From Escherichia coli (GTDB taxonomy: Bacteria; Pseudomonadota; Gammaproteobacteria; Enterobacterales; Enterobacteriaceae), in the NCBI RefSeq assembly GCF_003790525.1, contig NZ_CP033635.1: a stretch of 64,000 bases of DNA; one strand, 5' to 3'. Position 1 is the first letter of the stretch; each line of letters opens with the position of its first letter. A program made the translations under genes and the position numbers. This document shows positions 27,366 through 40,616 of this stretch, one piece after another. A model generated the notes under the pieces. The model was not told where the DNA came from. It saw nothing but the letters and a program-made list of their open reading frames with translations, and did not search any database.

Positions 27366-28016
27366 TTAGTCTTTATCTGCCGGACTTAACGTCACTGAAG
27401 AGAGATAATTCAGCAGGGCGATATCGTTCTCGACACCCAGCTTCATCATCGCAGATTTCTTCTGGCTACTGATGGTTTTAATACTGCGGTTCAGCTTTTT
27501 AGCGATCTCGGTCACCAGGAAGCCTTCCGCAAACAGGCGCAGAACTTCACTCTCTTTTGGCGAGAGACGCTTGTCACCGTAACCACCGGCACTGATTTTT
27601 TCCAACAGGCGAGAAACGCTTTCCGGGGTAAATTTCTTCCCTTTCTGCAGCGCGGCGAGAGCTTTCGGCAGATCGGTCGGTGCACCTTGTTTCAGCACGA
27701 TCCCTTCGATATCCAGATCCAATACCGCACTAAGAATCGCCGGGTTGTTGTTCATGGTCAGAACAATGATCGACAGGCTTGGGAAATGGCGCTTGATGTA
27801 CTTGATTAAGGTAATGCCATCGCCGTACTTATCGCCAGGCATGGAGAGATCGGTAATCAACACATGCGCATCCAGTTTCGGCAGGTTGTTGATCAGTGCT
27901 GTAGAGTCTTCAAATTCGCCGACAACATTCACCCACTCAATTTGCTCAAGTGATTTGCGAATACCGAACAAGACTATCGGATGGTCATCGGCAATAATTA
28001 CGTTCATATTGTTCAT
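27366..28016 (-). CDS. rcsB: Response regulator RcsB, 216 aa
   Basis: Start taken at MNNMNVIIADDHP; receiver plus LuxR-type HTH. Confidence 0.96.
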   Translation of the reverse strand: MNNMNVIIADDHPIVLFGIRKSLEQIEWVNVVGEFEDSTALINNLPKLDAHVLITDLSMPGDKYGDGITLIKYIKRHFPSLSIIVLTMNNNPAILSAVLDLDIEGIVLKQGAPTDLPKALAALQKGKKFTPESVSRLLEKISAGGYGDKRLSPKESEVLRLFAEGFLVTEIAKKLNRSIKTISSQKKSAMMKLGVENDIALLNYLSSVTLSPADKD

Positions 28017-28032
28017 GTAATAGGCTACCTTG

Positions 28033-30705
28033 CTACAGCAAGCTCTTGACATAACTGTCAATGTCGCTGATGTATTTTTCTATTCCTGGAACATCCTTCT
28101 CACGAATCAGATGTTCCAGCGTTTCACATAACTGCTTGCCGGGTACCAGATTTAGCATGGCAAATACGCCTTTAAGACGATGAGCCGTTTGGGCTAACGC
28201 AGCAAAGTCACTGGTTGCTGCTTCAGTATACAGCCTCTTAACATCATCCGGTACTGTGTCTACAAAGAGCGCATAATAGCCGCTGGCATGGAGTTGCGCA
28301 TTTTCATCTCCGCCCAGAGGCGATTCTGTCACCTCTTCCTGCGCCAGTTGCACTTCAATTAATTGTAAGACCGCTTCCTGCATAGCGTTGCTCATATTGA
28401 AGTTGACGCACAATTGACCAGGCCCAATTTCCCGTACGCCAGACTCATCATCGCTTAAAAGCAAGCCAGAGGCAGTAAGATTAGACGGATTATCCGTTAA
28501 AAAGATATCATAATCTTGACTAATTAATCTTTCATCGGGTGTGATACAGGTTGCACCCCAATTTTCTAACTGGCGAGTGACAATATTCCGAATTTCTGCC
28601 GAAGTAACATCCACCATTACGCAGACATCATCCAGTAATCGCTCTTCTTCCTCTTCAACTTTCGGGTCAGCTGCGAGCATTTTGATATGCACAGAGTAGC
28701 GTGTACCAAGCCCATCCCGCGTTTTGATGTTTAAATGACCGCCCAGTTTACGCGCCAGTTGATCGCTCAGCCAGAATGCCAGCGGGTCCGCCTTGCCATA
28801 GCGATCGTTTTGGGTCTGGTTGATAAACGGGAAGTGCAAATTATCCATTTCATGAATACTTACGCCTTCTCCCGTGTCCAGAATGCGGAACGTCAGGCGG
28901 TCTTCGGAGGACTCATCCTGATCAACCTCAAGGGTGATTTTTCCCAATTGCGTTGAGGTCACGGCATATTGCATCAGTAGCAGCAAAATACGTCGTAAGG
29001 CATCGCGATCGCCGCGGCGCATATCGTGTGCTTTCAGATGATTGTTAATCAGCAGTTGCAGACCTTTACGCTTGATGGCAGGCAACACTGAAGGCACAAC
29101 TTCATCAATTAAATCCTGCACGGAGAACAGCACCGTCTCACTTTTCCAGCTATCGTCCGCAAGCATGTTCGCTAACTGTATTTCATCGACCAGCCGCACC
29201 AGCACATCCGCCTGATTCGTCAGTTGTTTGCCTTCCGGGGCGTTGAGTTTAGCCGCGCTCTCCGCCAGGGACTGTGCGGGTTCTTTCAGCGCATCGCCAA
29301 TGTTTTTCATAAAGGTCATCCGCCCCTGCTGGTTTTTCTCATACAGACGCTGCGCCTGCTTGAGTTTCTTGTTTACCAGCACTTCGCGATCCTGATCGCG
29401 AATAATGAAAATTTGTGTGCGCGGCGCAACCTGGCTGCGGAACATGCGGATCTCATACAGCTCGTTATTGATCGTCGCCTGAATAATCCCCTGATGCTGT
29501 TCCGCCATGGTGGTGATGTTTTGCAGATTCAAATGCGGCAGCAAATGATCGGCAATTTTGTTACTTATGACTGTGCGGTTCGATTCCTGATCGTGAACCA
29601 GCAGGCCGAGCGGCAGCAGTGAGACTATCTCTTCATTAATTGCCCGTAAAATGCGCAATTCGTTATTGACCGCCGTGCTGGGGACGCTTTCTGTACTGCG
29701 GCTGGAGAAATGGCGGAATGTGGTATAGCCAAATAACGCCAGCGCCAGCAAACCGATGTTCAGCAGCAGTGGCAGCAGAATGTTTTGCAACGTATCCAGC
29801 AATAAGGTGCCATAAGGAACCTGCCAGACCAGTCGCATATCGGTAGAGTTGAGTGCCGAGGAGATTTCAATCTTCGTACTGTTAAAGTGGATACTGACGC
29901 TATCCGTCCCTTCTTTCTCATTATCATTGTCTCCCGTTGCCGTCGCGTCTGGCTCAAGGCGGAAACTGTCCAGCGGCATGCCCGGTGGGATCAAATCATT
30001 AATCGGCAGATCAAAAGCCACAACCGTTGCCAGATGTCCCGGCTGGTTAAAGGTGGTACGTAAGGTAAAGTAATGACCGTTCTGCCAGGCCAGGCGGCGC
30101 ATGTTAGAAAAGCTTTCGCGTTCATCGAGGGCGTTGGCCTGTTGCAACATCTCTGCACGACGTGAATCAACAATGTCGCTGACGGTCGATTCTTTAAATC
30201 CGGAGGTGAGATCTTTGAGGGGCAGGGTTGAGATCAGCACCAGACTGTTATCCTGACCATTCAGGTAATACATCGACCACGGTACATTTTCTGCGCCCCA
30301 CAATGTGTCCAGATAGGTGGACATCCGTTGAGTCATCTCAAGCGTTGAGTTGTCGTGAGAGCCAAAGATTAACGCTTCCGTTTTGCGGCGTGGTTTCTCC
30401 AGATAGTAGACATCCTGTTTCAGGCGCGTCTCTTGTAAACCTTCGCCGGAGGAGGGGGAGGTCGTCGCGGCAATGTTGTCGTAGATCTGCCAGGTCACGT
30501 AACGCCAGGTATCGACGCGCTTTTGGATAGCGTGGGTAATGTCGACAATCTGGTAACTTTTATCTTTCAGCCAGGCGTTAACAGCGCTTTGTACCATTAC
30601 TCCCATCGTCACCAGTAACACAATGATCAACAGTAAAAAGAAGCGGGTAATGCTCCCCGGTAGGAGTGAAAAGCGGGTCGTGGCCGTTGTCTCTTTCTGA
30701 CGCAT
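28033..30705 (-). CDS. rcsD: Phosphotransfer intermediate protein RcsD, 890 aa
   Basis: K-12 length; membrane-anchored with C-terminal HPt domain. Confidence 0.95.
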   Translation of the reverse strand: MRQKETTATTRFSLLPGSITRFFLLLIIVLLVTMGVMVQSAVNAWLKDKSYQIVDITHAIQKRVDTWRYVTWQIYDNIAATTSPSSGEGLQETRLKQDVYYLEKPRRKTEALIFGSHDNSTLEMTQRMSTYLDTLWGAENVPWSMYYLNGQDNSLVLISTLPLKDLTSGFKESTVSDIVDSRRAEMLQQANALDERESFSNMRRLAWQNGHYFTLRTTFNQPGHLATVVAFDLPINDLIPPGMPLDSFRLEPDATATGDNDNEKEGTDSVSIHFNSTKIEISSALNSTDMRLVWQVPYGTLLLDTLQNILLPLLLNIGLLALALFGYTTFRHFSSRSTESVPSTAVNNELRILRAINEEIVSLLPLGLLVHDQESNRTVISNKIADHLLPHLNLQNITTMAEQHQGIIQATINNELYEIRMFRSQVAPRTQIFIIRDQDREVLVNKKLKQAQRLYEKNQQGRMTFMKNIGDALKEPAQSLAESAAKLNAPEGKQLTNQADVLVRLVDEIQLANMLADDSWKSETVLFSVQDLIDEVVPSVLPAIKRKGLQLLINNHLKAHDMRRGDRDALRRILLLLMQYAVTSTQLGKITLEVDQDESSEDRLTFRILDTGEGVSIHEMDNLHFPFINQTQNDRYGKADPLAFWLSDQLARKLGGHLNIKTRDGLGTRYSVHIKMLAADPKVEEEEERLLDDVCVMVDVTSAEIRNIVTRQLENWGATCITPDERLISQDYDIFLTDNPSNLTASGLLLSDDESGVREIGPGQLCVNFNMSNAMQEAVLQLIEVQLAQEEVTESPLGGDENAQLHASGYYALFVDTVPDDVKRLYTEAATSDFAALAQTAHRLKGVFAMLNLVPGKQLCETLEHLIREKDVPGIEKYISDIDSYVKSLL

Positions 30706-31015
30706 TCGTGTTTATGACCTGTTAAAACTTCGCGAAGTGATAGGGCAGTATAAAGGGTACAGTGTGAAATTCCAGACTCTTACCTGATTGATGATTCTCT
30801 ATTCTCCCGTGATATTTATCATCCTGCATTGGGGGAAATAGATGTACAAGCGCCATTTTGCTGTACAAATAACCTACAAAAAGCCCAATGAAATTAATTG
30901 CAAATAAACGAAGATTGCTGGAAATTATGCTGATGTTAATTATTTGTGAAATAGTTAACAAGCGTTATAGTTTTTCTGTGGTAGCACAGAATAATGAAAA
31001 GTGTGTAAAGAAGGG

Positions 31016-31108
31016 TAAAAAAAACCGGATGCGAGGCATCCGGTTGAAATAGGGGTAAACAGACATTCAGAAATGAATGACGGTAATAAATAAAGTTAAT
31101 GATGATAG
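31016..31108 (-). ncRNA. micF: MicF antisense sRNA (93 nt)
   Basis: Reverse complement reads gctatcatcattaactttatttattaccgtcattcatttctgaatgtctgtttacccctatttcaaccggatgcctcgcatccggtttttttt; divergent from ompC with an intrinsic terminator. Confidence 0.93.
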
Positions 31109-31264
31109 CGGGAGATATTCTAGTTGCGAGTGAAGGTTTTGTTTTGACATTCAGTGCTGTCAAATACTTAAGAATAAGTTATTGATTTTAACCTTGAATT
31201 ATTATTGCTTGATGTTAGGTGCTTATTTCGCCATTCCGCAATAATCTTAAAAAGTTCCCTTGCA

Positions 31265-31324
31265 TTTACATTTTGAAACATCTATAGCGATAAATGAAAC
31301 ATCTTAAAAGTTTTAGTATCATAT
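31265..31324 (+). promoter_or_regulatory. OmpR-binding region (C1-C3 sites) of the ompC promoter
   Basis: tttacattttgaaacatcta / tagcgataaatgaaacatct / taaaagttttagtatcatat followed by a gagaat -10-like hexamer (31353-31358). Confidence 0.75.
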
Positions 31325-31428
31325 TCGTGTTGGATTATTCTGCATTTTTGGGGAGAATGGACCTGCCGACTGATTAATGAGGGTTAATCAGTATGCAGTG
31401 GCATAAAAAAGCAAATAAAGGCATATAA

Positions 31429-32538
<1,110 letters not shown>

Positions 32539-32557
32539 TCTCGATTTATATCGAACA

Positions 32558-32580
32558 AAGGGCCTGCGGGCCCTTTTTTC
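32558..32580 (+). terminator. Rho-independent terminator of ompC
   Basis: GC stem gggcc-tgc-gggccc followed by TTTTTT. Confidence 0.8.
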
Positions 32581-32649
32581 ATTGTTTTCAGCGTACAAAC
32601 ACAGTTTTTTGGTGTACTCTTGCGACCGTTCGCATGAGGATAATCACGT

Positions 32650-33705
32650 ATGGAAATAAGCTTTACCCGCGTGGCACTGCTGGCTGCCGCGCTCTTCTTT
32701 GTTGGTTGCGATCAAAAACCACAACCCGCCAAAACCCACGCTACTGAAGTTACCGTTCTTGAAGGCAAAACCATGGGTACCTTCTGGCGTGCCAGCATCC
32801 CGGGCATTGATGCCAAACGCAGTGCCGAACTTAAAGAAAAGATTCAGACCCAGCTGGACGCCGACGATCAGCTGCTTTCGACCTATAAAAAAGATTCCGC
32901 GCTGATGCGCTTTAACGACTCGCAAAGTTTGTCGCCGTGGCCGGTAAGTGAAGCGATGGCCGATATCGTCACCACCTCGCTGCGCATTGGCGCAAGGACC
33001 GATGGTGCGATGGATATAACCGTCGGGCCGCTGGTGAATCTGTGGGGCTTTGGCCCGGAACAACAGCCGGTTCAAATTCCGAGTCAGGAACAGATCGATG
33101 CGATGAAAGCCAAAACCGGCTTACAGCACCTGACGGTGATTAATCAGTCCCACCAGCAATATCTGCAAAAAGACCTGCCGGATTTATATGTCGATCTCTC
33201 TACCGTCGGTGAAGGTTATGCGGCGGATCATCTGGCACGCTTGATGGAGCAGGAAGGGATTTCCCGCTATCTGGTGTCGGTGGGCGGCGCGCTGAACAGC
33301 CGTGGTATGAACGGTGAAGGCCAGCCGTGGCGAGTGGCGATTCAAAAACCAACCGATAAAGAAAACGCGGTTCAGGCGGTGGTGGATATCAACGGCCACG
33401 GTATCAGCACCTCCGGCAGCTATCGCAACTATTACGAACTGGACGGCAAACGTCTTTCTCATGTTATCGATCCGCAAACCGGGCGTCCCATTGAACATAA
33501 TCTGGTATCCGTGACGGTGATTGCCCCGACGGCGCTGGAAGCCGACGCCTGGGACACAGGTTTGATGGTGCTCGGGCCGGATAAAGCCAAAGAAGTTGTT
33601 CGCCGGGAAGGGCTGGCGGTCTATATGATCACCAAAGAGGGCGATAGCTTTAAAACCTGGATGTCGCCGCAGTTTAAAAGCTTCCTTATCAGCGAAAAAA
33701 ATTAA
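32650..33705 (+). CDS. apbE: FAD:protein FMN transferase ApbE (lipoprotein), 351 aa
   Basis: Lipobox LFFVGC; ApbE-family motifs; K-12 position downstream of ompC. Confidence 0.93.
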   Translation: MEISFTRVALLAAALFFVGCDQKPQPAKTHATEVTVLEGKTMGTFWRASIPGIDAKRSAELKEKIQTQLDADDQLLSTYKKDSALMRFNDSQSLSPWPVSEAMADIVTTSLRIGARTDGAMDITVGPLVNLWGFGPEQQPVQIPSQEQIDAMKAKTGLQHLTVINQSHQQYLQKDLPDLYVDLSTVGEGYAADHLARLMEQEGISRYLVSVGGALNSRGMNGEGQPWRVAIQKPTDKENAVQAVVDINGHGISTSGSYRNYYELDGKRLSHVIDPQTGRPIEHNLVSVTVIAPTALEADAWDTGLMVLGPDKAKEVVRREGLAVYMITKEGDSFKTWMSPQFKSFLISEKN

Positions 33706-33711
33706 AGCGCA
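33704..33711 (+). promoter_or_regulatory. Ada box (AAAGCGCA) in the ada promoter
   Basis: aaagcgcaagattgttggtttttgcgcga ~70 bp upstream of ada, consistent with the methylated-Ada binding site. Confidence 0.7.
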
Positions 33712-33778
33712 AGATTGTTGGTTTTTGCGCGATGGTGACCGGGCAGACTAAAGGCTATCCTTAACCAGGGAGCTGATT

Positions 33779-34843
33779 ATGAAAAACGCCACATGCTTAA
33801 CAGACGATCAACGCTGGCAATCTGTCTTAGCCCGCGACCCGAATGCCGACGGCGAATTCGTTTTCGCCGTGCGCACCACAGGTATCTTTTGCCGTCCGTC
33901 TTGCCGCGCCAGACATGCCTTGCGGGAAAATGTCTCCTTCTACGCAAATGCCAGCGAGGCACTCGCCGCCGGATTTCGCCCCTGCAAACGTTGTCAGCCA
34001 GACAAAGCCAATGCCCAGCAACATCGCCTTGATAAAATTACCCACGCCTGCCGACTTCTGGAACAGGAAACGCCTGTAACGCTGGAAGCCTTAGCCGACC
34101 ATGTGGCGATGAGTCCGTTCCATCTGCATCGGTTGTTTAAAGCGACTACCGGAATGACGCCTAAAGCCTGGCAACAGGCCTGGCGCGCTCGCCGTTTGCG
34201 CGAATCGCTGGCGAAAGGGGAGAGCGTGACGACGTCTATTCTTAACGCCGGATTCCCCGACAGCAGCAGTTACTACCGCAAAGCTGACGAAACGCTGGGC
34301 ATGACGGCTAAACAATTCCGTCACGGTGGCGAAAATCTGGCGGTGCGTTACGCGCTGGCTGATTGTGAGCTGGGCCGTTGCCTGGTGGCAGAAAGTGAGC
34401 GGGGGATTTGCGCGATATTACTGGGCGATGATGACGCGACACTAATCAGCGAGTTACAGCAGATGTTTCCCGCTGCCGACAGCGCGCCTGCCGATCTGAC
34501 GTTTCAGCAACATGTGCGTGAAGTGATCGCCAGCCTCAATCAACGCGATACGCCGCTGACGTTACCGCTGGACATTCGCGGCACTGCTTTTCAGCAACAA
34601 GTCTGGCAGGCACTGCGCACGATACCTTGCGGTGAAACCGTCAGTTATCAGCAACTGGCTAATGCCATCGGCAAACCGAAAGCGGTACGGGCTGTTGCCA
34701 GCGCCTGTGCCGCCAACAAGCTAGCTATCGTTATACCTTGTCATCGGGTGGTCCGTGGTGATGGCACACTTTCCGGTTACCGCTGGGGCGTGTCGCGCAA
34801 AGCGCAACTGCTGCGCCGCGAAGCTGAGAATGAGGAGAGGTAA
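33779..34843 (+). CDS. ada: Bifunctional transcriptional activator / O6-methylguanine-DNA methyltransferase Ada, 354 aa
   Basis: N-terminal Cys cluster (FCRPSCRA), AraC-type HTH, C-terminal PCHRV active site. Confidence 0.96.
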   Translation: MKNATCLTDDQRWQSVLARDPNADGEFVFAVRTTGIFCRPSCRARHALRENVSFYANASEALAAGFRPCKRCQPDKANAQQHRLDKITHACRLLEQETPVTLEALADHVAMSPFHLHRLFKATTGMTPKAWQQAWRARRLRESLAKGESVTTSILNAGFPDSSSYYRKADETLGMTAKQFRHGGENLAVRYALADCELGRCLVAESERGICAILLGDDDATLISELQQMFPAADSAPADLTFQQHVREVIASLNQRDTPLTLPLDIRGTAFQQQVWQALRTIPCGETVSYQQLANAIGKPKAVRAVASACAANKLAIVIPCHRVVRGDGTLSGYRWGVSRKAQLLRREAENEER

Positions 34844-35493
34844 TGTTGGATCTGTTTGCCGATGCTGAACCGTGGCAAGAGCCACTGGCGGCTGGTGCGG
34901 TAATTTTACGGCGTTTCGCTTTTAACGCTGCGGAGCAACTAATCCGCGATATTAATGACGTTGCCAGCCAGTCGCCGTTTCGCCAGATGGTCACTCCAGG
35001 CGGATATACCATGTCGGTGGCGATGACCAACTGTGGGCATCTGGGCTGGACGACCCATCGGCAAGGTTATCTCTATTCGCCCATTGATCCGCAAACAAAT
35101 AAACCGTGGCCCGCCATGCCGCAGAGTTTTCATCATTTATGTCAACGTGCGGCTACGGCGGGGGGCTATCCAGATTTCCAGCCAGATGCCTGTTTGATCA
35201 ACCGCTACGTTCCTGGCGCGAAACTGTCGCTGCATCAGGATAAAGACGAACCGGATCTGCGCGCGCCAATTGTTTCTGTTTCTCTGGGCTTACCCGCGAT
35301 TTTTCAATTTGGCGGCCTGAAACGAAATGATCCGCTAAAAAGATTGTTGCTGGAACATGGCGATGTGGTGGTATGGGGCGGTGAATCGCGGCTGTTTTAT
35401 CATGGCATTCAACCGTTGAAAGCGGGGTTTCATCCACTCGCCGGCGACTGCCGCTACAACCTGACATTCCGTCAGGCAGGTAAAAAAGAATAA
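34843..35493 (+). CDS. alkB: Alpha-ketoglutarate-dependent dioxygenase AlkB, 216 aa
   Basis: Start overlaps the ada stop (TAATG); HxD...H iron-binding motif (HQDKDE). Confidence 0.96.
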   Translation: MLDLFADAEPWQEPLAAGAVILRRFAFNAAEQLIRDINDVASQSPFRQMVTPGGYTMSVAMTNCGHLGWTTHRQGYLYSPIDPQTNKPWPAMPQSFHHLCQRAATAGGYPDFQPDACLINRYVPGAKLSLHQDKDEPDLRAPIVSVSLGLPAIFQFGGLKRNDPLKRLLLEHGDVVVWGGESRLFYHGIQPLKAGFHPLAGDCRYNLTFRQAGKKE

Positions 35494-35568
35494 AAATAAG
35501 AATTATTATTGCTGTGCGCGCGAAGATGTTTAAACTGCGGGCTGTAATTCATTGTCCGGGTTTTCTGC

Positions 35569-37212
35569 ATGGAACTTCTTGTACTTGTCTGGCGGCAGTA
35601 TCGCTGGCCATTTATCAGTGTGATGGCGCTAAGCCTCGCCAGTGCGGCATTAGGCATTGGCTTAATTGCTTTTATCAATCAGCGCCTTATCGAAACGGCG
35701 GATACCAGTCTGCTGGTGTTGCCGGAGTTTCTGGGATTATTGTTGCTGTTGATGGCAGTCACTCTCGGATCGCAACTGGCGCTCACCACTTTGGGGCATC
35801 ACTTCGTTTACCGACTGCGTAGTGAATTTATCAAGCGGATTCTGGATACCCACGTCGAGCGCATTGAACAACTTGGTAGCGCTTCGTTGCTGGCGGGGTT
35901 AACCAGCGATGTGCGCAATATCACCATTGCTTTTGTGCGTCTGCCGGAACTGGTGCAGGGGATCATTCTCACTATCGGTTCCGCGGCGTATTTGTGGATG
36001 CTGTCGGGCAAAATGTTGCTGGTAACGGCTATCTGGATGGCAGTCACCATCTGGGGCGGTTTTGTGCTGGTGGCGCGGGTGTACAAACATATGGCGACCC
36101 TGCGTGAAACCGAAGATAAGCTGTACACGGATTTTCAAACCGTACTCGAAGGGCGCAAAGAGCTGACTCTGAACCGGGAACGCGCCGAGTATGTGTTTAA
36201 CAACCTCTACATTCCTGATGCGCAAGAGTATCGCCATCATATTATCCGCGCAGACACCTTCCATCTTAGTGCCGTGAACTGGTCAAACATCATGATGCTG
36301 GGCGCTATCGGCCTGGTGTTCTGGATGGCGAACAGTCTCGGTTGGGCTGATACCAACGTTGCCGCGACCTATTCGTTGACGCTGTTGTTCCTGCGTACGC
36401 CGCTGCTTTCGGCGGTTGGCGCATTACCGACGCTGCTGACGGCGCAGGTGGCGTTTAACAAGCTGAACAAATTCGCGCTCGCGCCTTTCAAAGCAGAGTT
36501 TCCGCGTCCGCAGACGTTTCCCAACTGGCAAACGCTGGAGCTGCGCAATGTTACGTTTGCTTATCAGGATAACGCGTTTTCCGTTGGGCCGATTAACCTC
36601 ACCATCAAACGTGGCGAACTGCTGTTTCTGATTGGTGGCAACGGTAGTGGAAAATCGACGCTGGCGATGTTGCTGACGGGCTTGTATCAGCCACAAAGCG
36701 GCGAAATCTTGCTGGATGGCAAACCTGTCAGCGGCGAACAACCGGAAGATTATCGCAAACTGTTTTCGGCAGTGTTTACCGATGTCTGGCTGTTCGATCA
36801 ACTGCTGGGGCCGGAGGGTCAACCCGCTAACCCGCAACTGATTGAGAAGTGGCTGGCGCAACTGAAAATGGCTCATAAGCTTGAGTTAAGCAACGGGCGT
36901 ATTGTTAACCTGAAGTTATCAAAAGGGCAGAAAAAACGCGTCGCGCTGTTGCTGGCGCTGGCAGAAGAACGCGATATTATCCTGCTGGATGAATGGGCGG
37001 CGGATCAGGACCCACACTTCCGCCGTGAGTTTTATCAGGTGCTGCTGCCGCTGATGCAGGAGATGGGTAAAACCATATTCGCCATCAGTCATGATGATCA
37101 TTACTTTATCCACGCTGACCGCCTGCTGGAAATGCGCAACGGGCAACTTAGCGAGCTGACAGGCGAAGAGCGCGATGCTGCTTCGCGTGATGCCGTTGCC
37201 CGGACGGCATAA
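35569..37212 (+). CDS. yojI: ABC transporter ATP-binding/permease protein YojI (microcin J25 efflux), 547 aa
   Basis: N-terminal transmembrane domain plus Walker A (GGNGSGKST) and ABC signature; K-12 length. Confidence 0.93.
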   Translation: MELLVLVWRQYRWPFISVMALSLASAALGIGLIAFINQRLIETADTSLLVLPEFLGLLLLLMAVTLGSQLALTTLGHHFVYRLRSEFIKRILDTHVERIEQLGSASLLAGLTSDVRNITIAFVRLPELVQGIILTIGSAAYLWMLSGKMLLVTAIWMAVTIWGGFVLVARVYKHMATLRETEDKLYTDFQTVLEGRKELTLNRERAEYVFNNLYIPDAQEYRHHIIRADTFHLSAVNWSNIMMLGAIGLVFWMANSLGWADTNVAATYSLTLLFLRTPLLSAVGALPTLLTAQVAFNKLNKFALAPFKAEFPRPQTFPNWQTLELRNVTFAYQDNAFSVGPINLTIKRGELLFLIGGNGSGKSTLAMLLTGLYQPQSGEILLDGKPVSGEQPEDYRKLFSAVFTDVWLFDQLLGPEGQPANPQLIEKWLAQLKMAHKLELSNGRIVNLKLSKGQKKRVALLLALAEERDIILLDEWAADQDPHFRREFYQVLLPLMQEMGKTIFAISHDDHYFIHADRLLEMRNGQLSELTGEERDAASRDAVARTA

Positions 37213-37224
37213 TATTTCGACGCT

Positions 37225-37251
37225 GACCTGGCGGACTGCTGCCGCCAGGTC
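37225..37251 (+). terminator. Hairpin downstream of yojI (possible terminator)
   Basis: Stem cctggcgg / ccgccagg; no strong T-run. Confidence 0.35.
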
Positions 37252-37417
37252 AATATGCTAAAAATCCCTTCGTTTCTAATAACCCTATAATTAATCAACG
37301 AAATTATAATGTTTCTAAAATTAGAATATAATTTATAAACATTATTTAAATGTTGTTACTTAAGTGTTACCGTTGGTGCCGCGCAAATCTCACCTGCAAT
37401 AAAGCGACTAAAAGTAA

Positions 37418-39076
<1,659 letters not shown>

Positions 39077-39082
39077 TGATGT

Positions 39083-39215
39083 GCCACATCCGGCATGGTT
39101 TGCCGGATGTGGCGTATGCTAATAAGACGCGTCAGCGTCGCATCAGGCAACCGGCTCGGGCGTTAGATGTCGGATGCGGCGTAACCGCCTTATTCGGCCT
39201 ACAGGTTGCAGCACT
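39083..39215. repeat. REP/BIME cluster between mqo and eco
   Basis: Multiple REP units (gccggatgtggcgtatgctaataagacgcgtcagcgtcgcatcaggc ... gatgcggcgtaaccgccttattcggcctac). Confidence 0.8.
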
Positions 39216-39225
39216 TCACAGCAGT

Positions 39226-39714
39226 TTAGCGGACAACCGCGTTGTCAATTTTCTCTTCCGCCTTCCAGACACGGTACTTCACATCCACATTGTCTGGCGT
39301 ATACACCACGATCGGCAGCTTGCTGTTGTAACGCAGCATTCCAGCATCGCCCAGATACGCGGTGACAAATTTCTTCTCTTTCTTGCCATCCGGGCAAGCC
39401 ATCATCGTGGAAACCGGCGAGCTAACTTTATCAAAGACATAATAATCATAGCCCCAGCCTTCCAGCGTTTTGCTTTCCAGCTTCCCGCCGAGACGATGCA
39501 AATTGCAGTCGACTTCCAGCGTCTGACCGATTAACAGTTCTACTTTCAGGGTAGATTCATCTTCTTGCGGAGTTAACTGAATCACCTGACGCTTCATGCC
39601 TTTTTCAGCTTGTGGATAAGGTGCGATTTTTTCCAGTGGCTGGACGCTTTCTGCCGCCCAGGCGGAAGTGGTGGCGAAAGCGGCAAACAATACTGCAGGT
39701 AGAATGGTCTTCAT
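39226..39714 (-). CDS. eco: Ecotin (periplasmic serine protease inhibitor), 162 aa
   Basis: Start at MKTILPAV; signal peptide; reactive-site region [13 protein letters not shown]. Confidence 0.95.
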
Positions 39715-39992
39715 TTTTTTGCTTTCCTTCTTCATTTATAGGTTTTCACCGATGATGTCGCTGAAGGTTAACATATTCATCAGATTTATTAATTTGCTTT
39801 ATGAATAACTTAAAGAACATTCAGATAATTTTACCTGCTCTTTTAGTGTTAAATTCTGATGAGAAAACAAACCAGCAGAAATATCTCTGGCGAATTAATC
39901 GCTATATAAATATGTTTATAACCATTTGAAATGTGAGCAAAAGCCCGTTTTTGCCACGCTTCCCGCCACTCTTTTGATCCTGCTACAGGTTT

Positions 39993-40008
39993 TACCCCGA
40001 TCGGGGTA
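39993..40008 (+). promoter_or_regulatory. NarP/NarL 7-2-7 heptamer pair (TACCCCGATCGGGGTA) in the napF promoter
   Basis: Perfect inverted heptamers with 2-bp spacer ~115 bp upstream of napF; a weaker FNR-like half-site TTGAT lies at 39974-39978. Confidence 0.75.
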
Positions 40009-40121
40009 TGCATCTTTGACACATCCTTTAATATCTTAGCGGCTATAAAAATGGCTTATTAATTATGCGGTTTATTTGGTCGCTCTCAATTTTCAGAGCG
40101 CGTTAATGATGGAAGGTCAAT

Positions 40122-40616
40122 GTGAAGATTGATGCATCCCGTCGGGGCATACTCACTGGTCGCTGGCGCAAAGCCAGTAACGGTATCCGTCCGCCCTGGT
40201 CCGGTGATGAATCTCATTTTCTGACCCATTGCACCCGCTGTGATGTCTGTATTAATGCTTGTGAAAACAACATTCTGCAACGCGGCGCGGGTGGCTATCC
40301 GAGCGTTAATTTCAAAAATAACGAGTGCAGCTTCTGTTACGCCTGCGCGCAGGCTTGCCCCGAATCGCTATTTTCTCCGCGCCACACCAGGGCCTGGGAT
40401 TTGCAGTTCACCATTGGGGACGCGTGCCTGGCGTATCAGTCAGTTGAATGCCGCCGCTGTCAGGATAGCTGTGAGCCAATGGCAATTATCTTTCGCCCGA
40501 CGCTCTCCGGGATCTACCAGCCGCAACTTAATAGCCAACTTTGCAACGGATGTGGAGCATGTGCAGCCAGCTGTCCGGTATCAGCCATAACTGCGGAGTA
40601 TCTCCATGCACACTAA
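40122..40616 (+). CDS. napF: Ferredoxin-type protein NapF, 164 aa (GTG start)
   Basis: Multiple CxxCxxCxxxC(P) 4Fe-4S motifs; SD ggaagg. Confidence 0.92.
   Translation: MKIDASRRGILTGRWRKASNGIRPPWSGDESHFLTHCTRCDVCINACENNILQRGAGGYPSVNFKNNECSFCYACAQACPESLFSPRHTRAWDLQFTIGDACLAYQSVECRRCQDSCEPMAIIFRPTLSGIYQPQLNSQLCNGCGACAASCPVSAITAEYLHAH

Noticed and set aside
30722-31163. Small ORFs (79 and 75 aa) in the rcsD–ompC intergenic region
   Set aside because: AT-rich regulatory DNA containing micF and the ompC/rcsD promoters; no RBS and hydrophobic low-complexity translations.
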